A stretch of 64,000 nucleotides of DNA from Azolla caroliniana (taxonomy: Eukaryota > Plantae > Polypodiophyta), in assembly GCA_043228905.1 (NCBI GenBank), contig JBHGNT010000033.1:248001-312000 (forward strand), given 5' to 3'. Shown here piece after piece: positions 36,801-49,699 of this stretch. The translations under genes and the position numbers were made by a program. The notes under the pieces are model-generated. The model was not told the DNA's origin. It saw nothing but the letters and a program-made list of their open reading frames with translations, and searched no databases. Position 1 is the stretch's first letter. Every line of letters starts with the position of its first letter.

Positions 36801-39800
36801 TTAGCAAATTTGAGGAGGGACTTGAGAAGAGCGAGTGAGTCAATTAAAATGTTCATACCTGGCTCGTGTGATATCGGATTTTTGTGTTCAAACATGCGTA
36901 TCGAAGCTAACAACACTAGCTATGATATCGAATTAAAAAATCGGAATTCTGAAACTCAGGTCGAGAGACATGAAGAAATTAGCAAATTTGAGGAGGGACT
37001 TGAGAAGAGCGCGTGAGTCAATTAAAATGTTCATACCTGGCTCGTGTGATATCGGATTTTTGTGTTCAAACATGCGTATCGAAGCTAACAACGCTAGCTA
37101 TGACATAGAATTAAAAAATCAAGATTTTGAAACTCAGGTCGAGAGACATGAAGAAATTAGCAAATTTGAGGAGGGACTTGAGAAGAGCGAGTGAGTCAAT
37201 TAAAATGTTCATACCTGGCTCGTGTGATATCGGATTTTTGTGTTCAAACATGCGTATCGAAGCTAACAACGCTAGCTATGATATAGAATTAAAAAATCGA
37301 GATTCTGAAACTCAGGTCGAGAGACATGAAGAAATTAGAAAATTTGAGGAGGGACTTGAGAAGAGCGCGTGAGTCAATTAAAATGTTCATACCTGACTCG
37401 TGTGATATCGGATTTCCGTGTTCAAACATGCGTATCGAAGCTAACAACACTAGCTATGATATCGAATTAAAAAATCGAGATTCTGAAACTCAGGTCGAGA
37501 GACATGAAGAAATTAGAAAATTTGAGGAGGTACTTGAGAAGAGCGTGTGAGTCAATTAAAATGTTCATACCTGTGTCGTGTGATATCGGATTTTTGTGTT
37601 CAAACATGCGTATCGAAGCTAACAACGCTAGCTATGATATAGAATTAAAAAATCAAGATTTTGAAACTCAGGTCGAGACCCATGAAAAAATTAGCAAATT
37701 TGAGGAGGGACTTGAGAAGAGCGAGTGAGTCAATTAAAATGTTCATACCTGGCTCGTGTGCTATCGGATTTTTGTGTTCAAACATGCGTATCGAAGCTAA
37801 CAACACTAGCTATGATATCGAATTAAAAAATCGGAATTCTGAAACTCAGGTCGAGAGACATGAAGAAATTAGAAAATTTGAGGAGGTACTTGAGAAGAGC
37901 GTGTGAGTCAATTAAAATGTTCATACCTGTGTCGTGTGATATCGGATTTTTGTGTTCAAACATGCGTATCGAAGCTAACAACGCTAGCTATGTTATAGAA
38001 TTAAAAAATCAAGCTTCTGAAACTCAGGTCGAGAACCATGAAGAAATTAGCAAATTTTAGGAGGGACTTGAGAAGAGCGCGTGAGTCAATTAAAATGTTC
38101 ATACCTGTGTCGTGTGATATCGGATTTTTGTGTTCAAACATGCGTATCGAAGCTAACAACGCTAGCTATCATATAGAATTAAAAAATGAAGATATTGAAA
38201 CTCAGGTCGAGAGACATGAAGAAATTAGCAAATTTGAGGAGGGACTTGAGAAGAGCGCGTGAGTCAATTAAAATGTTCATACCTGGCTCGTGTGATATCG
38301 GATTTTTGTGTTCAAACATGCGTATCGAAGCTAACAACGCTAGCTATGATATAGAATTAAAAAATCGAGATTCTGAAACTCAGGTCGAGATACATGAAGA
38401 AATTAGAAAATTTGAGGAGGGACTTGAGAAGAGCGCGTGAGTCAATTAAAATGTTCATACCTGACTCGTGTGATATCGGATTTTCGTGTTCAAACATGCG
38501 TATCGAAGCTAACAACACTAGCTATGATATCGAATTAAAAAATCGAGATTCTGAAACTCAGGTCGAGAGACATGAAGAAATTAGCAAATTTGAGGAGGGA
38601 CTTGAGAAGAGCGCGTGAGTCAATTAAAATGTTCATACCTGGCTCGTGTGATATTGGATTTTTGTGTTGAAACATGCGTATCGAAGCTAACAACGCTAGC
38701 TATGATATAGAATTAAAAAATCGAGATTCTGAAACTCAGGTCGAGAGACATGAAGAAATTAGGAAATTTGAGGAGGGAGTGAAGAAGAGCCAGTGAGTCA
38801 ATTAAAATGTTCATACCTGGCTCGTGTGATATCGGATTTTTGTGTTTAAACATGCGTATCGAAGCTAACAACGCTAGCTATGATATCGAATTAAAAAATC
38901 AAGATTTTGATACTCAGGTCGAGAGACATGAAGAAATTAGCAAATTTGAGGAGGGAGTGAAGAAGAGCGCGTGAGTCAATTAAAATGTTCATACCTGACT
39001 CGTGTGATATCGGATTTTCGTGTTCAAACATGCGTATCGAAGCTAACAACACTAGCTATGATATCGAATTAAAAAATCGAGATTCTGAAACTCAGGTCGA
39101 GAGACATGAAGAAATTAGAAAATTTGAGGAGGTACTTGAGAAGAGCGTGTGAGTCAATTAAAATGTTCATACCTGTGTCGTGTGATATCGGATTTTTGTG
39201 TTCAAACATGCTTTTAAAGCTAAGAACGCTAGCTATGATATTGAATTAAAAAATCAAGATATTGAAACTCAGGTCCAGAGACATGAAGAAATTATCCAAT
39301 TTGAGGAGGGACTTGAGAAGAGCGCGTGAGTCAATTAAAATGTTCATACCTGGCTCGTGTGATATCGGATTTTTGTGTTCAAACATGCGTATCGAAGCTA
39401 ACAACGCTAGCTATGATATAGATTTAAAAAATCCAGAGTCTGAAACTCAGGTCGAGAGACATGAAGAAATTAGCAAATTTGAGGAGGGACTTGAGAAGAG
39501 CGCGTGAGTCAATTAAAATGTTCATACCTGACTCGTGTGATATCGGATTTTCGTGTTCAAACATGCGTATCGAAGCTAACCACACTAGCTATGATATAGA
39601 ATTAAAAAATCGAGATTCTGAAACTCAGGTCGAGAGACATGAAGAAATTAGCAAATTTGAGGAGGGACTTGAGAAGAGCGCGTGAGTCAATTAAAATGTT
39701 CATACCTGACTCGTGTGATATCGGATTTTCGTGTTCAAACATGCGTATCGAAGCTAACAACACTAGCTATGATATCGAATTAAAAAATCGAGATTCTGAA

Positions 39801-42800
39801 ACTCAGGTCGAGAGACATGAAGAAATTAGAAAATTTGAGGAGGTACTTGAGAAGAGCGTGTGAGTCAATTAAAATGTTCATACCTGTGTCGTGTGATATC
39901 GGATTTTTGTGTTCAAACATGCTTTTAAAGCTAAGAACGCTAGCTATGATATTGAATTAAAAAATCAAGATATTGAAACTCAGGTCCAGAGACATGAAGA
40001 AATTATCCAATTTGAGGAGGGACTTGAGAAGAGCGCGTGAGTCAATTAAAATGTTCATACCTGGCTCGTGTGATATCGGATTTTTGTGTTCAAACATGCG
40101 TATCGAAGCTAACAACGCTAGCTATGATATAGATTTAAAAAATCCAGAGTCTGAAACTCAGGTCGAGAGACATGAAGAAATTAGCAAATTTGAGGAGGGA
40201 CTTGAGAAGAGCGCGTGAGTCAATTAAAATGTTCATACCTGACTCGTGTGATATCGGATTTTCGTGTTCAAACATGCGTATCGAAGCTAACCACACTAGC
40301 TATGATATAGAATTAAAAAATCGAGATTCTGAAACTCAGGTCGAGAGACATGAAGAAATTAGCAAATTTGAGGAGGGACTTGAGAAGAGCGCGTGAGTCA
40401 ATTAAAATGTTCATACCTGACTCGTGTGATATCGGATTTTCGTGTTCAAACATGCGTATCGAAGCTAACAACACTAGCTATGATATCGAATTAAAAAATC
40501 GAGATTCTGAAACTCAGGTCGAGAGACATGAAGAAATTAGAAAATTTGAGGAGGTACTTGAGAAGAGCGTGTGAGTCAATTAAAATGTTCATACCTGTGT
40601 CGTGTGATATCGGATTTTTGTGTTCAAACATGCGTATCGAAGCTAACAACGCTAGCTATCATATAGAATTAAAAAATCAAGATTTTGAAACTCAGGTCGA
40701 GAGACATGAAGAAATTAGCAAATTTGAGGAGGGACTTGAGAAGAGCGAGTGAGTCAATTAAAATGTTCATACCTGACTCGTGTGATATCGGATTTTCGTG
40801 TTCAAACATGCGTATCGAAGCTAACAACACTAGCTATGATATCGAATTAAAAAATCGAGATTCTGAAACTCAGGTCGAGAGACATGAAGAAATTAGAAAA
40901 TTTGAGGAGGTACTTGAGAAGAGCGTGTGAGTCAATTAAAATGTTCATACCTGTGTCGTGTGATATCGGATTTTTGTGTTCAAACATGCTTTTAAAGCTA
41001 AGAACGCTAGCTATGATATTGAATTAAAAAATCAAGATTTCGAAACTCAGGTCCAGAGACATGAAAAAATTATCCAATTTGAGGAGGGACTTGAGAAGAG
41101 CGCGTGAGTCAATTAAAATGTTCATACCTGGCTCGTGTGATATCGGATTTTTGTGTTCAAACATGCGTATCGAAGCTAACAACGCTAGCTATGATATAGA
41201 TTTAAAAAATCCAGAGTCTGAAACTCAGGTCGAGAGACATGAAGAAATTAGCAAATTTGAGGAGGGACTTGAGAAGAGCGCGTGAGTCAATTAAAATGTT
41301 CATACCTGACTCGTGTGATATCGGATTTTCGTGTTCAAACATGCGTATCGAAGCTAACAACACTAGCTATGATATAGAATTAAAAAATCGAGATTCTGAA
41401 ACTCAGGTCGAGAGACATGAAGAAATTAGCAAATTTGAGGAGGGACTTGAGAAGAGCGCGTGAGTCAATTAAAATGTTCATACCTGACTCGTGTGATATC
41501 GGATTTTCGTGTTCAAACATGCGTATCGAAGCTAACAACACTAGCTATGATATCGAATTAAAAAATCGAGATTCTGAAACTCAGGTCGAGAGACATGAAG
41601 AAATTAGAAAATTTGAGGAGGTACTTGAGAAGAGCGTGTGAGTCAATTAAAATGTTCATACCTGTGTCGTGTGATATCGGATTTTTGTGTTCAAACATGC
41701 GTATCGAAGCTAACAACGCTAGCTATCATATAGAATTAAAAAATCAAGATTTTGAAACTCAGGTCGAGAGACATGAAGAAATTAGCAAATTTGAGGAGGG
41801 ACTTGAGAAGAGCGAGTGAGTCAATTAAAATGTTCATACCTGGCTCGTGTGATATCGGATTTTTGTGTTCAAACATGCGTATCGAAGCTAACAACACTAG
41901 CTATGATATCGAATTAAAAAATCGGAATTCTGAAACTCAGGTCGAGAGACATGAAGAAATTAGCAAATTTGAGGAGGGACTTGAGAAGAGCGCGTGAGTC
42001 AATTAAAATGTTCATACCTGGCTCGTGTGATATCGGATTTTTGTGTTCAAACATGCGTATCGAAGCTAACAACGCTAGCTATGACATAGAATTAAAAAAT
42101 CAAGATTTTGAAACTCAGGTCGAGAGACATGAAGAAATTAGCAAATTTGAGGAGGGACTTGAGAAGAGCGAGTGAGTCAATTAAAATGTTCATACCTGGC
42201 TCGTGTGATATCGGATTTTTGTGTTCAAACATGCGTATCGAAGCTAACAACGCTAGCTATGATATAGAATTAAAAAATCGAGATTCTGAAACTCAGGTCG
42301 AGAGACATGAAGAAATTAGAAAATTTGAGGAGGGACTTGAGAAGAGCGCGTGAGTCAATTAAAATGTTCATACCTGACTCGTGTGATATCGGATTTTCGT
42401 GTTCAAACATGCGTATCGAAGCTAACAACACTAGCTATGATATCGAATTAAAAAATCGAGATTCTGAAACTCAGGTCGAGAGACATGAAGAAATTAGAAA
42501 ATTTGAGGAGGTACTTGAGAAGAGCGTGTGAGTCAATTAAAATGTTCATACCTGTGTCGTGTGATATCGGATTTTTGTGTTCAAACATGCGTATCGAAGC
42601 TAACAACGCTAGCTATGATATAGAATTAAAAAATCAAAATTTTGAAACTCAGGTCGAGACCCATGAAGAAATTAGCAAATTTGAGGAGGGACTTGAGAAG
42701 AGCGAGTGAGTCAATTAAAATGTTCATACCTGGCTCGTGTGCTATCGGATTTTTGTGTTCAAACATGCGTATCGAAGCTAACAACACTAGCTATGATATC

Positions 42801-43000
42801 GAATTAAAAAATCGGAATTCTGAAACTCAGGTCGAGAGACATGAAGAAATTAGAAAATTTGAGGAGGTACTTGAGAAGAGCGTGTGAGTCAATTAAAATG
42901 TTCATACCTGTGTCGTGTGATATCGGATTTTTGTGTTCAAACATGCGTATCGAAGCTAACAACGCTAGCTATGTTATAGAATTAAAAAATCAAGCTTCTG
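33900..43000 (+). repeat. 24-monomer HOR (4,270 bp) expanded to a 28-mer (4,981 bp) by a nested 711-bp tetramer duplication
   Basis: 34124/38394 and 34992/39262 are offset by 4270. 39262/39973 is offset by 711. 35547/40528, 37127/42108 and 37661/42642 are offset by 4981. Confidence 0.9.
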
Positions 43001-46000
43001 AAACTCAGGTCGAGACCCATGAAGAAATTAGCAAATTTGAGGAGGGACTTGAGAAGAGCGAGTGAGTCAATTAAAATGTTCATACCTGGCTCGTGTGCTA
43101 TCGGATTTTTGTGTTCAAACATGCGTATCGAAGCTAACAACACTAGCTATGATATCGAATTAAAAAATCGGAATTCTGAAACTCAGGTCGAGAGACATGA
43201 AGAAATTAGAAAATTTGAGGAGGTACTTGAGAAGAGCGTGTGAGTCAATTAAAATGTTCATACCTGTGTCGTGTGATATCGGATTTTTGTGTTCAAACAT
43301 GCGTATCGAAGCTAACAACGCTAGCTATGTTATAGAATTAAAAAATCAAGCTTCTGAAACTCAGGTCGAGAACCATGAAGAAATTAGCAAATTTGAGGAG
43401 GGACTTGAGAAGAGCGCGTGAGTCAATTAAAATGTTCATACCTGTGTCGTGTGATATCGGATTTTTGTGTTCAAACATGCGTATCGAAGCTAAGAACGCT
43501 AGCTATCATATAGAATTAAAAAATCAAGATTTTGAAACTCAGGTCGAGAGACATGAAGAAATTAGCAAATTTGCAAATTTGAGGAGGGACTTCAGAAGAG
43601 CGAGTGAGTCAATTAAAATGTTCATACCTGGCTCGTGTGATATCGGATTTTTGTGTTCAAACATGCGTATCGAAGCTAACAACGCTAGCTATGATATAGA
43701 ATTAAAAAATCGAGATTCTGAAACTCAGGTCGAGAGACATGAAGAAATTAGCAAATTTGAGGAGGGACTTGAGAAGAGCGCGTGAGTCAATTAAAATGTT
43801 CATACCTGGCTCGTGTGATATCGGATTTTTGTGTTCAAACATGCGTATCGAAGCTAACAACGCTAGCTATGATATAGAATTAAAAAATCCAGATTTTGAA
43901 ACTCAGGTCGAGAGACATGAAGAAATTAGCAAATTTGAGGAGGGACTTGAGAAGAGCGAGTGAGTCAATTAAAATGTTCATACCTGGCTCGTGTGATATC
44001 GGATTTTTGTGTTCAAACATGCGTATCGAAGCTAACAACGCTAGCTATGATATAGAATTAAAAAATCGAGATTCTGAAACTCAGGTCGAGAGACATGAAG
44101 AAATTAGAAAATTTGAGGAGGGACTTGAGAAGAGCGCGTGAGTCAATTAAAATGTTCATACCTGACTCGTGTGATATCGGATTTTCGTGTTCAAACATGT
44201 GTATCGAAGCTAACAACACTAGCTATGATATCGAATTAAAAAATCGAGATTCTGAAACTCAGGTCGAGAGACATGAAGAAATTAGAAAATTTGAGGAGGT
44301 ACTTGAGAAGAGCGAGTGAGTCAATTAAAATGTTCATACCTGGCTCGTGTGATATCGGATTTTTGTGTTCAAACATGCGTATCGAAGCTAACAACGCTAG
44401 CTATGATATAGAATTAAAAAATCGAGATTCTGAAACTCAGGTCGAGAGACATGAAGAAATTAGAAAATTTGAGGAGGGACTTGAGAAGAGCGCGTGAGTC
44501 AATTAAAATGTTCATACCTGACTCGTGTGATATCGGATTTTCGTGTTCAAACATGCGTATCGAAGCTAACAACACTAGCTATGATATCGAATTAAAAAAT
44601 CGAGATTCTGAAACTCAGGTCGAGAGACATGAAGAAATTAGAAAATTTGAGGAGGTACTTGAGAAGAGCGTGTGAGTCAATTAAAATGTTCATACCTGTG
44701 TCGTGTGATATCGGATTTTTGTGTTCAAACATGCGTATCGAAGCTAACAACGCTAGCTATGATATAGAATTAAAAAATCAAAATTTTGAAACTCAGGTCG
44801 AGACCCATGAAGAAATTAGCAAATTTGAGGAGGGACTTGAGAAGAGCGAGTGAGTCAATTAAAATGTTCATACCTGGCTCGTGTGCTATCGGATTTTTGT
44901 GTTCAAACATGCGTATCGAAGCTAACAACACTAGCTATGATATCGAATTAAAAAATCGGAATTCTGAAACTCAGGTCGAGAGACATGAAGAAATTAGAAA
45001 ATTTGAGGAGGTACTTGAGAAGAGCGTGTGAGTCAATTAAAATGTTCATACCTGTGTCGTGTGATATCGGATTTTTGTGTTCAAACATGCGTATCGAAGC
45101 TAACAACGCTAGCTATGTTATAGAATTAAAAAATCAAGCTTCTGAAACTCAGGTCGAGACCCATGAAGAAATTAGCAAATTTGAGGAGGGACTTGAGAAG
45201 AGCGAGTGAGTCAATTAAAATGTTCATACCTGGCTCGTGTGCTATCGGATTTTTGTGTTCAAACATGCGTATCGAAGCTAACAACACTAGCTATGATATC
45301 GAATTAAAAAATCGGAATTCTGAAACTCAGGTCGAGAGACATGAAGAAATTAGAAAATTTGAGGAGGTACTTGAGAAGAGCGTGTGAGTCAATTAAAATG
45401 TTCATACCTGTGTCGTGTGATATCGGATTTTTGTGTTCAAACATGCGTATCGAAGCTAACAACGCTAGCTATGTTATAGAATTAAAAAATCAAGCTTCTG
45501 AAACTCAGGTCGAGAACCATGAAGAAATTAGCAAATTTGAGGAGGGACTTGAGAAGAGCGCGTGAGTCAATTAAAATGTTCATACCTGTGTCGTGTGATA
45601 TCGGATTTTTGTGTTCAAACATGCGTATCGAAGCTAAGAACGCTAGCTATCATATAGAATTAAAAAATCAAGATTTTGAAACTCAGGTCGAGAGACATGA
45701 AGAAATTAGCAAATTTGCAAATTTGAGGAGGGACTTCAGAAGAGCGAGTGAGTCAATTAAAATGTTCATACCTGGCTCGTGTGATATCGGATTTTTGTGT
45801 TCAAACATGCGTATCGAAGCTAACAACGCTAGCTATGATATAGAATTAAAAAATCGAGATTCTGAAACTCAGGTCGAGAGACATGAAGAAATTAGCAAAT
45901 TTGAGGAGGGACTTGAGAAGAGCGCGTGAGTCAATTAAAATGTTCATACCTGGCTCGTGTGATATCGGATTTTTGTGTTCAAACATGCGTATCGAAGCTA

Positions 46001-47700
46001 ACAACGCTAGCTATGATATAGAATTAAAAAATCAAAATTTTGAAACTCAGGTCGAGACCCATGAAGAAATTAGCAAATTTGAGGAGGGACTTGAGAAGAG
46101 CGAGTGAGTCAATTAAAATGTTCATACCTGGCTCGTGTGCTATCGGATTTTTGTGTTCAAACATGCGTATCGAAGCTAACAACACTAGCTATGATATCGA
46201 ATTAAAAAATCGGAATTCTGAAACTCAGGTCGAGAGACATGAAGAAATTAGAAAATTTGAGGAGGTACTTGAGAAGAGCGTGTGAGTCAATTAAAATGTT
46301 CATACCTGTGTCGTGTGATATCGGATTTTTGTGTTCAAACATGCGTATCGAAGCTAACAACGCTAGCTATGTTATAGAATTAAAAAATCAAGCTTCTGAA
46401 ACTCAGGTCGAGACCCATGAAGAAATTAGCAAATTTGAGGAGGGACTTGAGAAGAGCGAGTGAGTCAATTAAAATGTTCATACCTGGCTCGTGTGCTATC
46501 GGATTTTTGTGTTCAAACATGCGTATCGAAGCTAACAACACTAGCTATGATATCGAATTAAAAAATCGGAATTCTGAAACTCAGGTCGAGAGACATGAAG
46601 AAATTAGAAAATTTGAGGAGGTACTTGAGAAGAGCGTGTGAGTCAATTAAAATGTTCATACCTGTGTCGTGTGATATCGGATTTTTGTGTTCAAACATGC
46701 GTATCGAAGCTAACAACGCTAGCTATGTTATAGAATTAAAAAATCAAGCTTCTGAAACTCAGGTCGAGAACCATGAAGAAATTAGCAAATTTGAGGAGGG
46801 ACTTGAGAAGAGCGCGTGAGTCAATTAAAATGTTCATACCTGTGTCGTGTGATATCGGATTTTTGTGTTCAAACATGCGTATCGAAGCTAAGAACGCTAG
46901 CTATCATATAGAATTAAAAAATCAAGATTTTGAAACTCAGGTCGAGAGACATGAAGAAATTAGCAAATTTGCAAATTTGAGGAGGGACTTCAGAAGAGCG
47001 AGTGAGTCAATTAAAATGTTCATACCTGGCTCGTGTGATATCGGATTTTTGTGTTCAAACATGCGTATCGAAGCTAACAACGCTAGCTATGATATAGAAT
47101 TAAAAAATCGAGATTCTGAAACTCAGGTCGAGAGACATGAAGAAATTAGCAAATTTGAGGAGGGACTTGAGAAGAGCGCGTGAGTCAATTAAAATGTTCA
47201 TACCTGGCTCGTGTGATATCGGATTTTTGTGTTCAAACATGCGTATCGAAGCTAACAACGCTAGCTATGATATAGAATTAAAAAATCCAGATTTTGAAAC
47301 TCAGGTCGAGAGACATGAAGAAATTAGCAAATTTGAGGAGGGACTTGAGAAGAGCGAGTGAGTCAATTAAAATGTTCATACCTGGCTCGTGTGATATCGG
47401 ATTTTTGTGTTCAAACATGCGTATCGAAGCTAACAACGCTAGCTATGATATAGAATTAAAAAATCGAGATTCTGAAACTCAGGTCGAGAGACATGAAGAA
47501 ATTAGAAAATTTGAGGAGGGACTTGAGAAGAGCGCGTGAGTCAATTAAAATGTTCATACCTGACTCGTGTGATATCGGATTTTCGTGTTCAAACATGTGT
47601 ATCGAAGCTAACAACACTAGCTATGATATCGAATTAAAAAATCGAGATTCTGAAACTCAGGTCGAGAGACATGAAGAAATTAGAAAATTTGAGGAGGTAC
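42300..47700 (+). repeat. 12-mer (2,144 bp) and 7-mer (1,254 bp) duplications marked by an 8-bp insertion monomer
   Basis: 42485/44629 and 43375/45519 are offset by 2144 = 12x178 + 8. 44786/46040 and 45519/46773 are offset by 1254 = 7x178 + 8. Confidence 0.9.
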
Positions 47701-49699
47701 TTGAGAAGAGCGTGTGAGTCAATTAAAATGTTCATACCTGTGTCGTGTGATATCGGATTTTTGTGTTCAAACATGCGTATCGAAGCTAACAACGCTAGCT
47801 ATGATATAGAATTAAAAAATCAAGATTTTGAAACTCAGGTCGAGAGACATGAAGAAATTAGCAAATTTGAGGAGGGACTTTAGAAGAGCGCGTGAGCAAA
47901 TTAAAATGTTCATACCTGGCTCGTGTGATATCGGATTTTTGTGTTCAAACATGCGTATCGAAGATAACAACACTAGCTATGATATCGAATTAAAAAATCG
48001 GAATTCTGAAACTCAGGTCGAGAGACATGAAGAAATTAGCAAATTTGAGGAGGGACTTGAGAAGAGCGCGTGAGTCAATTAAAATGTTCATACCTGGCTC
48101 GTGTGATATCGGATTTTTGTGTTCAAACATGCGTATCGAAGCTAACAACGCTAGCTATGATATAGAATTAAAAAATCAAGATTTTGAAACTCAGGTCGAG
48201 AGACATGAAGAAATTAGCAAATTTGAGGAGGGACTTGAGAAGAGCGAGTGAGTCAATTAAAATGTTCATACCTGGCTCGTGTGATATCGGATTTTTGTGT
48301 TCAAACATGGGTATCGAAGCTAACAACGCTAGCTATGATATAGAATTAAAAAATCGAGATTCTGAAACTCAGGTCGAGAGACATGAAGAAATTAGAAAAT
48401 TTGAGGAGGGACTTGAGAAGAGCGCGTGAGTCAATTAAAATGTTCATACCTGACTCGTGTGATATCGGATTTTCGTGTTCAAACATGCGTATCGAAGCTA
48501 ACAACACTAGCTATGATATCGAATTAAAAAATCGAGATTCTGAAACTCAGGTCGAGAGACATGAAGAAATTAGAAAATTTGAGGAGGTACTTGAGAAGAG
48601 CGTGTGAGTCAATTAAAATGTTCATACCTGTGTCGTGTGATATCGGATTTTTGTGTTCAAACATGCGTATCGAAGCTAACAACGCTAGCTATGATATAGA
48701 ATTAAAAAATCAAGATTTTGAAACTCAGGTCGAGACCCATGAAAAAATTAGCAAATTTGAGGAGGGACTTGAGAAGAGCGAGTGAGTCAATTAAAATGTT
48801 CATACCTGGCTCGTGTGCTATCGGATTTTTGTGTTCAAACATGCGTATCGAAGCTAACAACACTAGCTATGATATCGAATTAAAAAATCGGAATTCTGAA
48901 ACTCAGGTCGAGAGACATGAAGAAATTAGAAAATTTGAGGAGGTACTTGAGAAGAGCGTGTGAGTCAATTAAAATGTTCATACCTGTGTCGTGTGATATC
49001 GGATTTTTGTGTTCAAACATGCGTATCGAAGCTAACAACGCTAGCTATGTTATAGAATTAAAAAATCAAGCTTCTGAAACTCAGGTCGACAACCATGAAG
49101 AAATTAGCAAATTTTAGGAGGGACTTGAGAAGAGCGCGTGAGTCAATTAAAATGTTCATACCTGTGTCGTGTGATATCGGATTTTTGTGTTCAAACATGC
49201 GTATCGAAGCTAACAACGCTAGCTATCATATAGAATTAAAAAATGAAGATTTTGAAACTCAGGTCGAGAGACATGAAGAAATTAGCAAATTTGCAAATTT
49301 GAGGAGGGACTTGAGAAGAGCGAGTGAGTCAATTAAAATGTTCATACCTGGCTCGTGTGATATCGGATTTTTGTGTTCAAACATGCGTATCGAAGCTAAC
49401 AACGCTAGCTATGATATAGAATTAAAAAATCGAGATTCTGAAACTCAGGTCGAGAGACATGAAGAAATTTGAAAATTTGAGGAGGGACTTGAGAAGAGCG
49501 CGTGAGTCAATTAAAATGTTCATACCTGACTCGTGTGATATCGGATTTTCGTGTTCAAACATGCGTATCGAAGCTAACAACACTAGCTATGATATCGAAT
49601 TAAAAAATCGAGATTCTGAAACTCAGGTCGAGAGACATGAAGAAATTAGAAAATTTGAGGAGGTACTTGAGAAGAGCGTGTGAGTCAATTAAAATGTTC

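Noticed and set aside
43375-49472. Longest ORFs (125-136 aa) as real genes
   Set aside because: They are fully explained by the 8-bp GCAAATTT duplication joining two monomer frames.
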